Shown one piece after another: positions 1 through 12,995 of a DNA stretch of 64,000 nt (position 1 is its first letter; each line of letters starts with the position of its first letter). Both the position numbers and the translations under genes were made by a program. Source of the stretch: Felis catus (lineage: Eukaryota); NCBI RefSeq assembly GCF_018350175.1, contig NC_058368.1:109370001-109434000 (forward strand), given 5' to 3'. The notes below the pieces were generated by a model, which saw only the letters and a program-made list of their open reading frames with translations, searched no databases and was not told where the DNA came from.

Positions 1-796
1 ATTTCTTTGGATATGAGTTATTAGCACTAATATCTGAAGATGACTGGAAATCATGAGGTTTTAATATTTGGCTCTGCTCCATTTTATAAATACCAGAAGT
101 AACCTTCCTCACTGGGACTCAGTTTCCCAAAGTAAAATTAGTAGTAGTCCTATGGAGCATCAGGGTTTGAAAGGAACCTTAAGTAATCATGTAATTGAAA
201 CTCACCATCTTCCCCCCACCCCATACCCCTGCGAGGTAGTCACCCAAACTTGGGGTTCTCTCTAGACAGAGAAAGTTCTCCACTGTGCACATCCACCTTT
301 GGAAAGCTCTGATCAATAGCAGGATTCCCTTTGCTTGAGGCATGATCTGCCATCATGAAGAAGTCTGGGGCTTTCCATATATCCTATGTACATCTCTGCC
401 TCACCATCAATCTTGATGGTTCACCAAGTGCATTCCAGCGTGGAAGGCAAGCAAGGCTCACTCATGGAGTCATAGCCTTCTCCCAGTGGGCTCTGACCAG
501 ACCTGGAAGAGCAGGCCTCATCCTCATTCCAGATCTTATTTCCATTAAAGGTCCAATCACACCTATTCCCTGGAATTGCCAGCTGACACCAGAAAGCTTT
601 CCCCAAGCATTACACCCAGAATGCTACCAAGCCACACACTTTTGAGTTAGACTTTTTGGAGTTGACTTTTTCAGAGAGTCTTGTCAGTCATGCAGCACAG
701 TTTTGTGCCATCTGAAAATCTAATGAGTATATGGTATAGATAGCCCTTCTCAACCATAGTATAGGGAGAATTAAGCCCTAAGGACCTAAGGTATCT

Positions 797-1266
797 GCAA
801 TAGGCGGAATAAAGACCTCCAAAGACACCAAATCCTAATCCCTAGAACCTCTGAATGTTACCTCATTTGGCTAAGAGACTTGACAGATGTGATTAAAGAT
901 AAGGATCTTGACAAGGGGAGATTATCCGGGTGGGCCGTAAATGTAATTACAAATGTCTTAAGGAAGCAGAGAGCAAGATCATGCAACCAGCAAAGGCAGC
1001 ATGTGGATGGATGCACAGACAAGTTCTGTGCTGTGAAGGTAGAGGAAGGGCTGTAAGCCAAGGAATTCAAGCTACCAGGAGAGGCCGAAAAAAGCAAAGG
1101 AATGCTCTCCCTTCAGAGCCTCCAAAAAGGAATCAGCTGACACCTTGATTTAATGAGCCCTGATTGGGGCTTTTGACCTCCAGAACTGTAGAAGAGAATA
1201 GATTTTTGGTGTTTTAAGCTACTTAGTGTGAGCTCACTTACTACAGCAACAGTAGGAAACTCCTAT
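797..1266 (+). mobile_element. MaLR LTR (MLT1-type), solo and decayed
   Basis: MLT1-like motifs ATCCTAATCCCTAGAACCTCTGAATGTTACCT, CCTCCAGAACTGTAGAAGAGAATAGATTTTTGGTGTTTTAAGC and a terminal CAGCAACAGTAGGAAAC; family assigned from recall. Confidence 0.75.
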
Positions 1267-1309
1267 GGTATCCATCGTAATCCATTTCTGTGCACCTCAA
1301 GTGACCTTA

Positions 1310-1641
1310 CAGTTGACCCTTGAACAACATGGGTTTGAACTGCGTGGGTCCACTTACATGTGGGGTTTTTGCCACCGACAGTACAGTATCGTGAATGTAT
1401 TCCCTTTTTCTTACGAGTTTCTTAGTATTTTCTTTCCTCTAGCTTACTTTGCTTTATGAATACTGTAAATAATATACAAACAGAATACGTGTTTATCAGC
1501 TGTTTATGTCATCAGTAACACTTCCAGTCAGCATTATAGTATCAGTAGCTAAGTTTTGGGGTAGTCAAAAGTTACACAAAGGTGTTTGCACTGAGGGGTT
1601 GGCTCCCCTAACTCCTGCGTTCATTTTTCAAGGGCCAACTG
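1310..1641. mobile_element. TcMar-Tigger non-autonomous DNA transposon (Tigger2-related)
   Basis: Terminal inverted repeats CAGTTGACCCTTGAA ... TTCAAGGGCCAACTG flanked by TA at 1308-1309 and 1642-1643. Confidence 0.85.
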
Positions 1642-2602
1642 TAGTTACATATGATCATCTTTTGGGAGAACGGAAAAAAGTGTTACTCAAATCATTTTGT
1701 GTTCTGTTATTTACATGAAGAACCCTGGTTGAGAAAGTCTGGTCCAGACACTCTCCTAATGCCTGGATCAAAGGGCCAAGGAACACAGCCACCACTCCAG
1801 CCAACTGCTTCCTGTCCACTGACTGAGAAGTTTCAGTCATCCTAATTGGCTTTGAAAAACTAAAATTACCTATTTACCACACTAGCATGAGCTCCACAAA
1901 GGTACCATGGGGAAAAACTGACCAGTTTCAGAACAAAGACCCAGGAACTTGTAAATTAATACAAGCACTTCACTTCCAGCCATATATTAAACATACACAA
2001 TAACCAAGATTTTTTATCCCAAGAATGCAAGAGTATTTCAAAAAGTCATAAATCTGTTCATAAATCGTCACCATAATAAAGCCAAAGGGTAAAAATTCTG
2101 ATAGACACCAAACATGGACCATTTTTTTATATATACAATTCAACATCTCTTAGCTTTAGCCAAACTCCTAAAACTACCATCTTCTTAATGGTATTTGTGT
2201 CACCAAGTCAAAATTAAAGTATCTTAATAGCAAAAGATGAAGCATTTCTCATTAAATAAAAAGGTGTTATCTTCTATCAAAAGGTTTCTGAAAGCACTAG
2301 CCACTACAACATGGAATGACAATAAAGGCCATACAGGATAAATACGGGCAAGGAAGCAAAGTTATTTACAAATTAGAGATTTCCCATTTCAGCTCCCTAC
2401 TCCCTGAGGTCCGTGGAGCTTCCCTAGCCACCCTTCTGACAGTGGCCGTTTTCACATTCCCCTTGTAACCATGGAGGTGGGATAGGTGCCCTTCCTACTT
2501 CTCACTGGTGCTTCTCAATCATTATCCATTAAACACCCACCCCCCTCCTCCACACAAGGGATGAGTAGACATCCCAGTGTCCCACGCACCACCAATCACT
2601 AG

Positions 2603-2745
2603 TTCTGGGACCTTGGGCAAGTCATTTATTCTCTTTTAGCTCTGATTCCTTATCTTTAGGTAAGACACCACCTCTATTGGGGAGTTAAGAGAATTAAATG
2701 CCTAGAACTGCTTACTGCTTAGAATTGCCTGGCACACAAGTAAGT
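2603..2745 (+). mobile_element. MIR fragment
   Basis: GACCTTGGGCAAGTCATTT ... TGCCTGGCACACAAGTAAG, typical MIR core. Confidence 0.65.
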
Positions 2746-2746
2746 A

Positions 2747-3720
2747 CAGTAAAACCTTGGATTGCAACTAACTTGTTCTGGAAGTGTTCCACAAGAGAAG
2801 CCAACGTTTCCAATAAATTCTAACTTGATAGATGAGCAATGTCTTGCAGTACGAGTAGTACACGATGCCAAACGTCACAACTGAGTCAATGGTTCTCTCT
2901 TATCTGCGGGACTGTGGGTGATCGTCTCCCATCCTCAAATGCTTGGTCTCAGGCCGTGGTGTTTGGCAGAAATCGTTGATTTTTCAGTATGTTGGAAGGT
3001 GCCAACAACTAGCTGAGTGTATTTTTTATCACTTCAAAGCATCTCTGGACAGTCCTTTGCTTTTCCATACAAGAGTAAGCTTAGGAATGCTTTGCTTCGT
3101 TCTAGGGCAGGCTGCCTGCAGACATAGACCCTTTTCTCTGTTGCCTTATTGCCAGTCACATCAAGTACAGTACATGACAAGAGTTTATTAATACTGTACT
3201 GTATTCACTACTGTAGTCAACATCCATGCGAGTGTATACAATGGCCCCCATGCAGAAAAAGGGTGAAAAGAAAAGCAGTAAGAAGGAGATGATTACAGTG
3301 GAAGAAGGATATCCTAAAGAAGTAAAAATGAGGTATGTGAGTGGCCGAAATTACAAGATTTTATAAAAAGCCTACATCTGTGTCTGGTCGGAGGAGGAGG
3401 AGTAAAAGAAGAATCTCTCAATTCGAATGAGATGAGTGAGATGTGTAAAAGGTGGGAAGCAGTGCAACATTTTATAGAAAAGCACCACCCAATGACCATA
3501 CGAGCTATGAATCTGTTTCACGACAATGCAATGTCACATTTCCGCAAAATCCTCAAAAGGAGGCAAAAGCAAATGTCATCGGATAGGTTCCTTGTTAAAG
3601 TTGCACAAAAAGAAAAAGATTCCATTGAGCCAATAGATAGCAGTGATTCCATTAATGATAGTGAAATTCGTCCTACACAGTAACCCTCCTCTCTCTTGTC
3701 TCCCCCACACCAGCCGTTCC
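2747..3720 (+). mobile_element. pogo/Tigger-type DNA transposon, internally deleted, with transposase remnants
   Basis: Starts TA|CAGTAAAACCTTGG; degenerate N-terminus from ATG 3241 (MAPMQKKGEKKSSKKEMITVE...VAEITRFYKKPTS) joined to a C-terminal remnant in ORF 3432-3683 (WEAVQHFIEKHHP...FRKILKRRQKQMSSDRFL); right TIR not seen. Confidence 0.7.
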
Positions 3721-3919
3721 AGCTCGGGTTACCGAGTGGCTTGCCATGTGCACCTTCCACTGGGCTGCCTTTCATGGTTTAAAAACAAAAAGTAGGAAAG
3801 AAAAGCCTCTTGACAAGATACAGGTAACAGCCGCAGGAAGAAGCAGGCTGGAGCACATGCGAAGTTCTTACAACAGAGGCAGGGCACTGACAGCTCTCTC
3901 CGCAACCCTCTAGGTGCTG

Positions 3920-4370
3920 ACTTCTCAAAAGTGTGTCCAGTCTAGATCTTGTCTAAACTCCTGACTCAGAGTCAGCTGCCTACTGGACATCTAGTTGCCC
4001 TTGAATATCTAACCGACATCTGAACTTTAAAATGACAGTCTTTCCCCCAGAACCTCCACCTCCCATAGGCTTTCGGTTAATGGCAACTCCATTCTTTACA
4101 TTGCTCAGACAAAAATCTTGGCATCATCCTTCATATTTTATCTCATACCCCACATCTAACCCACCGGTTTAACTATGGGCTCAACTTTCAAAATGTAGCC
4201 AGAATCCGACCACGGCTTACCTTCTAAATCACCGCTGCCCTGACCCCAGCCACCATCATCTCTAACGTGAATCATCTGAGGAGCTACCTAAATGCTTTCA
4301 CTGGTCGGTCCTGCCCCCAGCACTGTGTTCTCAACACACCGGTCAGTCATCTTTGAAAGGGTAAACCAAT
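3920..4370 (+). mobile_element. L2 LINE fragment
   Basis: CAGCTGCCTACTGGACATCT, AATGGCAACTCCATTCTT, AAAATCTTGGCATCATCCTT, CCAGAATCCGACCAC motifs. Confidence 0.7.
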
Positions 4371-5783
4371 TCTCTGTTTCTCACAGGAGGGTGGCTCACC
4401 AACTCTGAAGCCACTTTATATACACAAATCAGAGAAATACACACGTATTGTAGATGATAAGAGCCAAGTTTCTGTTAGAGAAATGTTTGTATATCATTAG
4501 GAAAGGGGGAAGACTAAAAACAACCCTGAAGTATCGTGCTGAATCCAAAGTATCTGTATATTTACAGTTTTAGTATATAAAGGATTTCTACTTCGTTTAG
4601 CAAAGTAAAGGGAGGGAATAATGGGTGGGGGAGCGGGGGGGGGGGGGGGAGGAATAAGAATAGTAAGGACTGCCAAAAATCTCCTCCATAGGAGCCATGA
4701 GAATGATGGCCAAAGCTGTTACACTTTTTCAGCACTTTGGAAATTAATGGCCTGCATTAAGCCAAGAAGTGTGTATTCAAGCAAAACAATCTCAGCGAGA
4801 AAAGCTGGTGGCTTTGTCCCACCCCCTGTCTCTGTGGTAGCTTTGAAAACCAGAAGCCCCATGACTACAGTACCTATGAAAACCAGCAGTGACTGGAAGG
4901 GCCAGAATAGACTGGAAGTCTCCAAAACCGTTTGCCCCAGAGAACTGCTGAGCGGCGTGGCAGCTCACTGAAAGTCTCCATCCTCGGGGCTGATCTTTAT
5001 TTGAACGGACTCTGGCTCCGCCTGCAAACAGCCCTAACTGCGGTAGGCTATCCCTCTTAGCGGGCAAGCACTGCAGAGCAGCCTGGGGTAGCATGACCAA
5101 GTGGGGCCGGCAACAGGGTAACCAAACACCTAAAAGAAGAAAATCAGACAAGGAGAGGCCTATGGGAGCTTTGACATGCCACCACACATTCCTGAGAGTC
5201 TACAGGTTCGTGTGTGAGTCACAGTTTCGTGAATGCTCAGGAGGACCCTGAGAAGACCCTAAGCTCTGACCTTGAAACTCCACTCACACAACCTGTAAAG
5301 GCTAAGGCCTTGCAAACTGCCTGCTGGAGCACCAAGGACACGACAGAACAAATTCTCCCGGTCCCACAGACACATGCACAGCCTTTCAACTAAGGCTTAG
5401 AAACTTTTTAGTTCAAGACATTAAATGAAATCTCTGTACAATCGTTTACTTAGCACCAAGCTGAGAATTCAGTGACCACACATAGCAGAGAATATAGTTT
5501 TACAAAGTTAGTCCAGGAAAGGAGGCTTCAGGTCTAAGATGTCAATGTAGGAAGACCTTCAACTCCCCTCCTCCATGGATGCTCCAAATTCATACCTATT
5601 TGTAGAAAGATTCCTCTTGAAAAAGAACTCAGGGCTGAATGAACAGCTTCAGCACAATAGAAGTGAAACCTTACCCCTGACCCTACGAAGCTCAGCGGTG
5701 ACGGAGAATACTGAGAGACCAGGAGCAGATTCAGCTGCTCTGCGATACAGAAAAAAACCCTTGATTTAAAAGAGCAATTAGAT

Positions 5784-5997
5784 GGGGCACCTGGGTGGCT
5801 CAGTCGGTTAACAATGCAATGCTTGATTTCAGCTCAGATCAAGATCTCACAGTTTTGAGACAGAGCCCAGCATCAGGCTCCGCGCTGAGTGTAGAGCCTG
5901 CTTGGGATTCTCTCTCCCTCTCTCTCTCTGCCCCTCCCCTGCTTGTGCTCTCTCTCTCCCTCTCTCAAAACAAACAAACAAACCAAACATTAATTAA
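5784..5997 (+). mobile_element. Can-SINE (tRNA-derived carnivore SINE)
   Basis: GGGGCACCTGGGTGGCTCAGTCGGTTAA head, (CT)n stretch, A-rich tail. Confidence 0.95.
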
Positions 5998-6854
5998 TTA
6001 AGCAACCTGAATATAAAAAATCAAGTCCCAGAACTCTGCCACAGGGCAGGGAAGCTGCTGGAACTCTCTCTGGCTCAGAGGGTCTGGCTCAAACCGATGT
6101 TCATGTGCCCCTCCACCCTGATAAGGTGGATGGGAGGAGGGTCTGGGCACCTTACCCAGCCTGCTTCTTCAATGAGCCCCAGGCCTTTATCCCACACCAG
6201 CCCAAACTATCCCCCAAGGTGGCCCTAGCACGGCACACACCAGGACGCCTCTGCTCAGCACTCACTACAGTTGCAGCCATCTTGCCAAGGTGACACAGTT
6301 GCAGGGCTCCCAGGAACACCCAAGCCCACACTAGTTTGGCTACAGATGAGTTGCTCTGGCACCTGCTGTGTGCAGGACCACCTCGACTCCAGCCACTCCA
6401 CTGGGATGCCCCCTGCCTGGAGCACCCCAGGGCACCCTGGCTTGCACCCACATCAGTTGCAGCTGTCCTACCAAGGCACCCTCTGCATGGAGAGCCCTGG
6501 GAACCCCCCAGCTTAAACCCATCTCAGCTTCAGCTGTCCTATCAGGGTACCTCTGTGTGGAGAGCCTCAGGTCCACCCCGGCCCATGCCTACTCCAATCT
6601 CACCTGTCCCTCCAGGACAGGCACTGGGGATGACCATACACAGGACTGTTCCTTCAAGTATAGGACAAGTAGCTGTTCCACCTGCCTGACAGAAACACAC
6701 ACAGAAAGTCAAGCAAAATATCAAAAAGATATATGCACCACAATGTTCACCGCAGCATTATTTACAATAGCCAAAACATGAAAGCAACCTACACATCCAC
6801 TTATAGATGCATGAATTTTACAAACATCACACACACACACACAGACTGGAATAT

Positions 6855-6912
6855 TACTATTATATTATATTATATTATATTATATTATATTATACTATAC
6901 TATATTATTATA
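6855..6912. repeat. (TATTA)n microsatellite
   Basis: Directly visible pentamer run. Confidence 0.95.
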
Positions 6913-7108
6913 TCAGCCATAAATAAGCAGGAAATCTTGCCATTTAAAACAACATGAATAGAACTTGACAGTATTATGCTAAGTGAAATAAGTCAGAGAA
7001 AGACAAATACTGTATGATCTCACTTATATGTGGAATCTAAAAATAAAAACAAAGTGGCAAATGGGTGAAGGGGATCAAAAGGTAGAAACTTCATTATAAA
7101 ATAAATAA

Positions 7109-8015
7109 GGGGAGCCCAGGTGGCTCAGCTGGTTAAGCATGAGACTTCATTCAGCTCAGGTCATGATCACACGGCTCGTGAGTTCAAGCCCCACACAGGA
7201 CTCTGTGCTGACAGCTCAGAGCCTGGAGCCTGCTTCAGATTCGGTGTCTCTGTTTCTCTTTGTCCCTGCCCTGCTTGCACTCCCTCTCTCTTTCTCTCAA
7301 AAATTAACAAACATTAAAAAAATTTTTTTAATTAAGTCATGGGGATGTAAGGTACATTATGGTAACTATTGTTAGCATAGAGTCATGCATATCTGAAAGA
7401 TGCTAAAAGAATAGATATTAGAAGTTCTCATCACAAGAAAAATGATTTTGTAACTGTATGGTGACGGATGCTAACTAGACTAATTGTAGTGATCATTTTG
7501 CAATATAAACAAATACTGAATCATTAGGTCATACACCTGAAACTAAATGTAATATGTCAATTATATCTCAATTTTTGATAAACTAAAAGAGGGGTGCCTG
7601 GGTGGCTCAGTTGGTTGAGTGCCTCTTGGTTGGGACTCAGGTCATGATCTGCTGGTTCGTGGGGGTGAGCCCTACATCAGGCTCCGTGCTGACAGTGTAG
7701 AGCCCACTTGGGATTCTCTCTCTTCTCTCACAGCCTCTTCCCCCTCACACATGCTCACTAACTCTCTCTCTCTCAAAATAAATTTTAAAAAACTTAATGA
7801 GAAAAAAAAAAAAAAAAACCCAGGGGCGCCTGGGTGGCTCAGTTGTTAAGCATATGACTTCAACTCAGGTTATGATCTCACAGTTCATGAGTTCGAGTCC
7901 CACATAAGGTGAGCTTGAGCCCCGCTTCAGGTGAGTCCCACTTCTCTCTCTCTTGCTCTCTCTCTCTCTGCCCTTTGCTCACGTGTGCCCCTGCTTCAAA
8001 AAATTTAAAAAAATA
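7109..8015 (+). mobile_element. Three Can-SINEs (about 7109-7330, 7591-7818, 7823-8015)
   Basis: Three GGG..CC(T/A)GGGTGGCTCAG heads, each with a CT-rich stretch and A-rich tail. Confidence 0.9.
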
Positions 8016-8408
8016 AAAAACTCTTATGATATTTACATTTAGATGCATCACAAAGTGTCAAAAAAAAAAAAAAAAAAAAGAATCCTGGAACTGTCAAGAG
8101 AAAGCAGCAAAATGGCCTCAATAAAATGAATAGCCAGAAGCCAGTGGGATAACAAACTAAAAGTGCTGAATGAAAAAGATTGCAACCAAGAATTCTATAT
8201 CCAATACAACTATATAGATAAATGAAGATGGAGATATATGGAGATACACATCTGTCTCCACCTATTAGAATATATCTCTCAGGTAAGGACTGTTGTTTTG
8301 TTTTAGTGCCTGACACACAGTAAGCACACAATAAACATTTACTTAATGAATGAATGAACTTATAATTGTTGTGTGAAGTATTCATATTTATTTAAAATAT
8401 GTCTTCAA

Positions 8409-8574
8409 GGGGCATCTGGGTGGCTCAGTCAGTTGAGTGTCTGACTCTTGATTTTGGTTCAGGTCATGATCCCAGGGTTGTGGGATCTAACCTCTGTGTT
8501 GGGCTCCACACTGAGCATAGAGACCGCTCGCTTTCTTCCTTCCTGCCTGCCTTCCTGCCTTCCTGCCTTCCTGC

Positions 8575-8645
<71 letters not shown>

Positions 8646-8755
8646 TCTCCTCCTCCTCCTCCTCCTCCTCCTCCTCCTCCTCCTCCTCCTCCTCCTCCTC
8701 TCCCCTGGTCACACACACTCTCTCTCAAAATAAAATAAAAATACAAAAATAAAAT
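8409..8755 (+). mobile_element. Can-SINE with expanded (CT)n/(CCT)n microsatellite (8530-8702)
   Basis: SINE head at 8409, long pyrimidine repeat, AAAATAAAAT tail. Confidence 0.9.
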
Positions 8756-9510
8756 ACATCTTCCATACTAGGTTGAAAACTTACAAAGCAAAGATTTCAT
8801 TTTTAGTTCAGGAATAAAGTACTTATCATATACAGATCCACCTGTGAGAATGACAGACACCAAGATGTTACAGTGATTATTACCTCTGGATGCTGGGGTT
8901 GTGGGGGATTTTTCTTTATTTGCACATCTGCACTTCACACAATAACATTTTTGTGTAATTTTTTAAAGTGCAGAATATTGATGTAGGAAAATGCTCTTTA
9001 TACATTTTAAGTGAAATAAGGTGGTAAAAGTTATAAAATGTATTATCCTGTAAAATATAAATGTGCTTTTAAAAGGACTGTAAGTAGTTACTAAGGTGTT
9101 ATCAGTGCCACAGGTGCAAAGATTCATGCTTGCTTCTCATTACTGGTCCCTTCAACAAATTCCCTACGTTGAACACATATATTCCAAGTAAATTCAATGG
9201 AATGGATACATTATCTCCCACCTGATGATTTGCCAAAATGATAGGAGCCAAATTTTTAAAAGATGTAAACACACCAATATGGGAGAAAAAGACAATAACA
9301 ACAGCTTTTTGAAAGGTGGAAAGCAGACTGACAGGAGGGACACTGGGTGGCTAACCCAACAACAGTGAATCCCAAACCAGCCACAGAGAAGCTGGGACCT
9401 AAAATGATGTAGAGATTCCCTAACAATGCTCAGGAACTTGCAGAAGACCAAGTACTTCTCGATGACGAGTGGTGAAAACAGGTTGACACTTGGTTTAAAA
9501 AGCAATTAGA

Positions 9511-9925
9511 GGGGCACCTGGGTGGCTCAGTTGGTTGAGCGTCCGATTTCAGCTCAGGTCATGATCTTGCGGTCTGTGAGCTCGAGCTCCGCATTGGGCT
9601 CTGTGCTGGTAGCTCGGAGCTTGGAGCCTGCTTTGGATTCTGTGTCTCCCTCTCTCTCTGCCCCTCCCCGACTCATGCTCTGTTTCTCTCTGTCAAAAAT
9701 AAATAAACATTAAAAAAAATTTTTTTAAAGCAATTAGAGGGTGCCTGGGGGGCTCAGTCGTTTGAGCCTTGGACTTCAGTTCAGGTCATGGTCTTGTGGT
9801 TGGTGAGTTCAAGCCCCACACTGGCTTACTGCTGTCAGCACAAAGCCTGGTTCCCCTCTGTCCTCTGTCCCCCTCTCTCTGCCCCTCCCCTGCCTGCACT
9901 CTCCCCACAATAAATAATTTTTTTA
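9511..9925 (+). mobile_element. Two tandem Can-SINEs (9511-9727, 9738-9925)
   Basis: Two heads separated by the repeated target sequence AAAGCAATTAGA. Confidence 0.9.
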
Positions 9926-10856
9926 AAAGGCAGTTAGATCCGTATTTCCATTCCTCAGAGTTAAAGGACTCCACTCCAGTAGAGACAGAACTATTTTTTC
10001 TCTGAAGAGGGTATCTGGAGAAAGAAACACTGGGCACAGTTGACTGTGGCCTAGTTGTGCTGAAATCAGGGCACTAAGTAAACAGTTAATAGATGCTGAG
10101 ATCCCTCTCGCCCCGCATTCTCCCTGCCCCTGGCGTCAAAATGCTGTTAGCCACACTGGAGATAGGGAGATTCTCTTCTGGGGAATCTGCCCCGTCAGCC
10201 AAAAAATGACCCAAAGAAGCTGGCTGGGAGGTTGCCCCCTCCACCACACTGTGAAACACAAGCCAATGGCCCTGCAGTGAACCTCCCCCCTACACACACA
10301 CAAACACAAACGCACACACACACACTTTCTCTCTCTCCCTCTCTGTCCTCTCTCTCTCAAGGTTTCCAAATTGCTATTAGTCCCCCACTCCTCAATATGA
10401 GCAGGGAATCCAGGATCACCTGACATCCAGGGAAAGCCCATAACATGAAAGAAAAAGATCAAATTAAATTAAAAAGAAAAAATGTGAAAGAAATAAAGAC
10501 TACACGTGAAGAGGGAAACTTTTAAGTTCTCAGATTGCTAAGGTATCCCATCAATGAAAACAAAAACATGGTGCCATTAGACACGCATTCATATCCAGAG
10601 AAGAATACAATACCCTTGGGATGGAATATAATCTTAGAGAAATATCCCAGAGAAGACAATATTTTTTGAAGGAAAAAAAACAGAAAAAATAAAATAAAAG
10701 CACTACTCCAGGAGGTATATAATAAGAAAATGGTAGTTCCAGTAAGAGAGAAGAGAAAGAATGGAGAGAAAAACATCATAAAAATAATTTTTAAAAATGT
10801 TCCAAGATCTCTAAGTGTGAATATAGAAATATCTTCTTATAAAGATATGTGAGAGA

Positions 10857-11053
10857 GGTGCCCGGGTGGCTCAGTTGGTTGAGCTTTTGACTCTTGATTT
10901 CAGCTCAGGTTAAGATCTCAGGGTCAAGGGATCAAGTGCCCTGTCAAGCTCTGCACTGAGCGTGAGGCCTGCTTGGGATTCTCTCTCTCTCCTTCCCTCT
11001 ACCCCTCTCCCTTGCTCACACACTCTCAATCTCTAAAATAAACAAATAAATAA
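10857..11053 (+). mobile_element. Can-SINE with target-site duplication
   Basis: ATAAAGATATGTGAGA on both sides. Confidence 0.9.
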
Positions 11054-12029
11054 AGATATGTGAGAAAAAGCAAGCTGCAAAAGGTGTACAGGATGCTACA
11101 TCATATGCAGGAAGGAGAAAAAAAAATAAAACTGTATATCCATACCTTCTTATAAACTCAGAAAGGATATACCAAAAAACTAATAAGAGTGATTATTTGT
11201 GAGTGGGGTTGATGCATCCCACTGGATTTTTTCATATATACAGTTTTGATTTTTGAGCCATGTGAATAGAACTGCAAAATTAGAAGTAAAAATCAAAATA
11301 CTCTGCAGGAACCAGTGGTGAGGTAGAGAAACTTAAATTCTAACTGATGAGTTGCTGGAGGTTCATCATAGACAAGTCGGAGATTAAAATCTGAGAGCCC
11401 CAGTCATCAGGGCCCCACCCCCAGACTTTTCTGAGATGTGCCTCTAGTAATTCACCATTTCCTTGGTGAATATAAGAGAACAATGCACTGTGCTTCCAGC
11501 AGAGTGAAGGGAAATGAAACATTTTGAAACATGCCAGAGCACTGTGTTTCTTCTTAATAATGTCTGCTCTCAGGAGAAACTATTTAATCAAAGCCCAACA
11601 AACCTGCTGGAGTTTTATCAGAGACTAACTGGCCTGGGAGGGGGGCGGAGAGAAATACCCAGCTCCAATAGGCTCTAGGTTTCCACGTGGAGGAAGGGAG
11701 ATACCCAATTTCAGCCCACTCCAGCAGTCCCGTCCCATGGAAGGTCCAGGGGGACTGAGAAGCATGTGTGAAGTTCACAGTACAGAAGTACAGGCTAACT
11801 AAGAGGAAATCCTGCTACTCATGGGACCAATAAGAATACTTCTCCTCCCATCACAAAACACAGGTAGAAAAGACAGCAAGCATTAAACCACACTCACATA
11901 TGGCAGAGATATTGAGATGGTCAGCCTAGAAGTTTAAAACAAGTATGATTTAAGATGCTAAGCATCCTCATAGACAAAGTAGACAGCATGCAATAATGGA
12001 TAGGCAATATAAACACAGACAGCCATTCT

Positions 12030-12230
12030 TCTTTTTAAGTTTATTTGTCTTCCAGAGACAGAGACAGAACGTGAGCAGGTGAAGGGCAGAGAGAGAGGGA
12101 GACACAGATTCCGAAGCAGGCTCCAGGCTCTGAGCTGTCAGCACAGAACCCGATATGGTGCTCAAACTCAAAAACAGTGAGATCATGACCTGAGTCAAAG
12201 TTGGACGCTTAACTGAGCCACCCCAGGCAC
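12030..12230 (-). mobile_element. Can-SINE
   Basis: Reverse-complement SINE ending CTGAGCCACCCCAGGCAC. Confidence 0.9.
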
Positions 12231-12769
12231 TCCGAGAAATAGACATTCTAAGAACAAACAATAAAAGAAATGCTAGAGCTCAAAAACACTGACAAAAATG
12301 AAAAATGTCTTTGATGAGCTTATTGATCGACTACACACAGCTGAGGAAAGAATCTCTGAGTTTGCCTATTTCTCAACAGAAACCACCAATACTGAAAAGT
12401 AAAAAGAATAAAAGACTGGGAAAAAAGCAAAAACAAAATATCCAAGAACTGTGGGACAGCTACCAAAAGTGTAACCGAAGCATGATCAGAATTCCAAGAG
12501 CAGAGGAAAGAGAGAAGGGAACAGAAGAAATGCTGGAAATAATGACTAAAAATTCCCCAAATTAATGTCAGACAGCAAACCACAGATCCAGGAAGCTCCA
12601 AGAACAGCGAGCATAAAAAATGCCCCCATCCCAATTTACCTAGACATAGCATTTTCAAACTTCAGAAAACCAAAAATTAAGAAAAAATCCTAACAGATGT
12701 CAGAGGAGAAAAAAAAAAAATACTTCACCTATAGAAGAGCAAAGATCAGAATTACACCTACTTCTCTTT

Positions 12770-12995
12770 TTTTTTTTTTTTTTTAATTTTTTAACGTTTA
12801 TTTATTCTTGAGACAGAGAGAGACAGAGCATGAACAGGGGAGGGTCAGAGAGAGAGGGAGACACAGAATCTGAAACAGGCTCCAGGCTCTGAGCTGTAAG
12901 CACAGAGCCTGACACGGGGCTTGAACTCACGGACCGCGAGATCATGACCTGAGCTCAAGTCGGACGCCCAACCGACAGAGCCACCCAGGTGCCCC
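12770..12995 (-). mobile_element. Can-SINE with TSD
   Basis: Poly-T tail; ACACCTACTTCTCTTT duplicated on both sides. Confidence 0.95.

Larger units (their letters stand above)
5530..7575 (+). mobile_element. L1 remnant: 5' UTR-like segment joined to an L1MA-type 3' end, interrupted by SINEs
   Basis: AAGATG..GTAGGAAGACC start; from ~6715 the classic L1 3' end (ATGTTCACCGCAGCATTATTTACAATAGCCAAA ... TGTCAATTATATCTCAAT). Confidence 0.65.
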
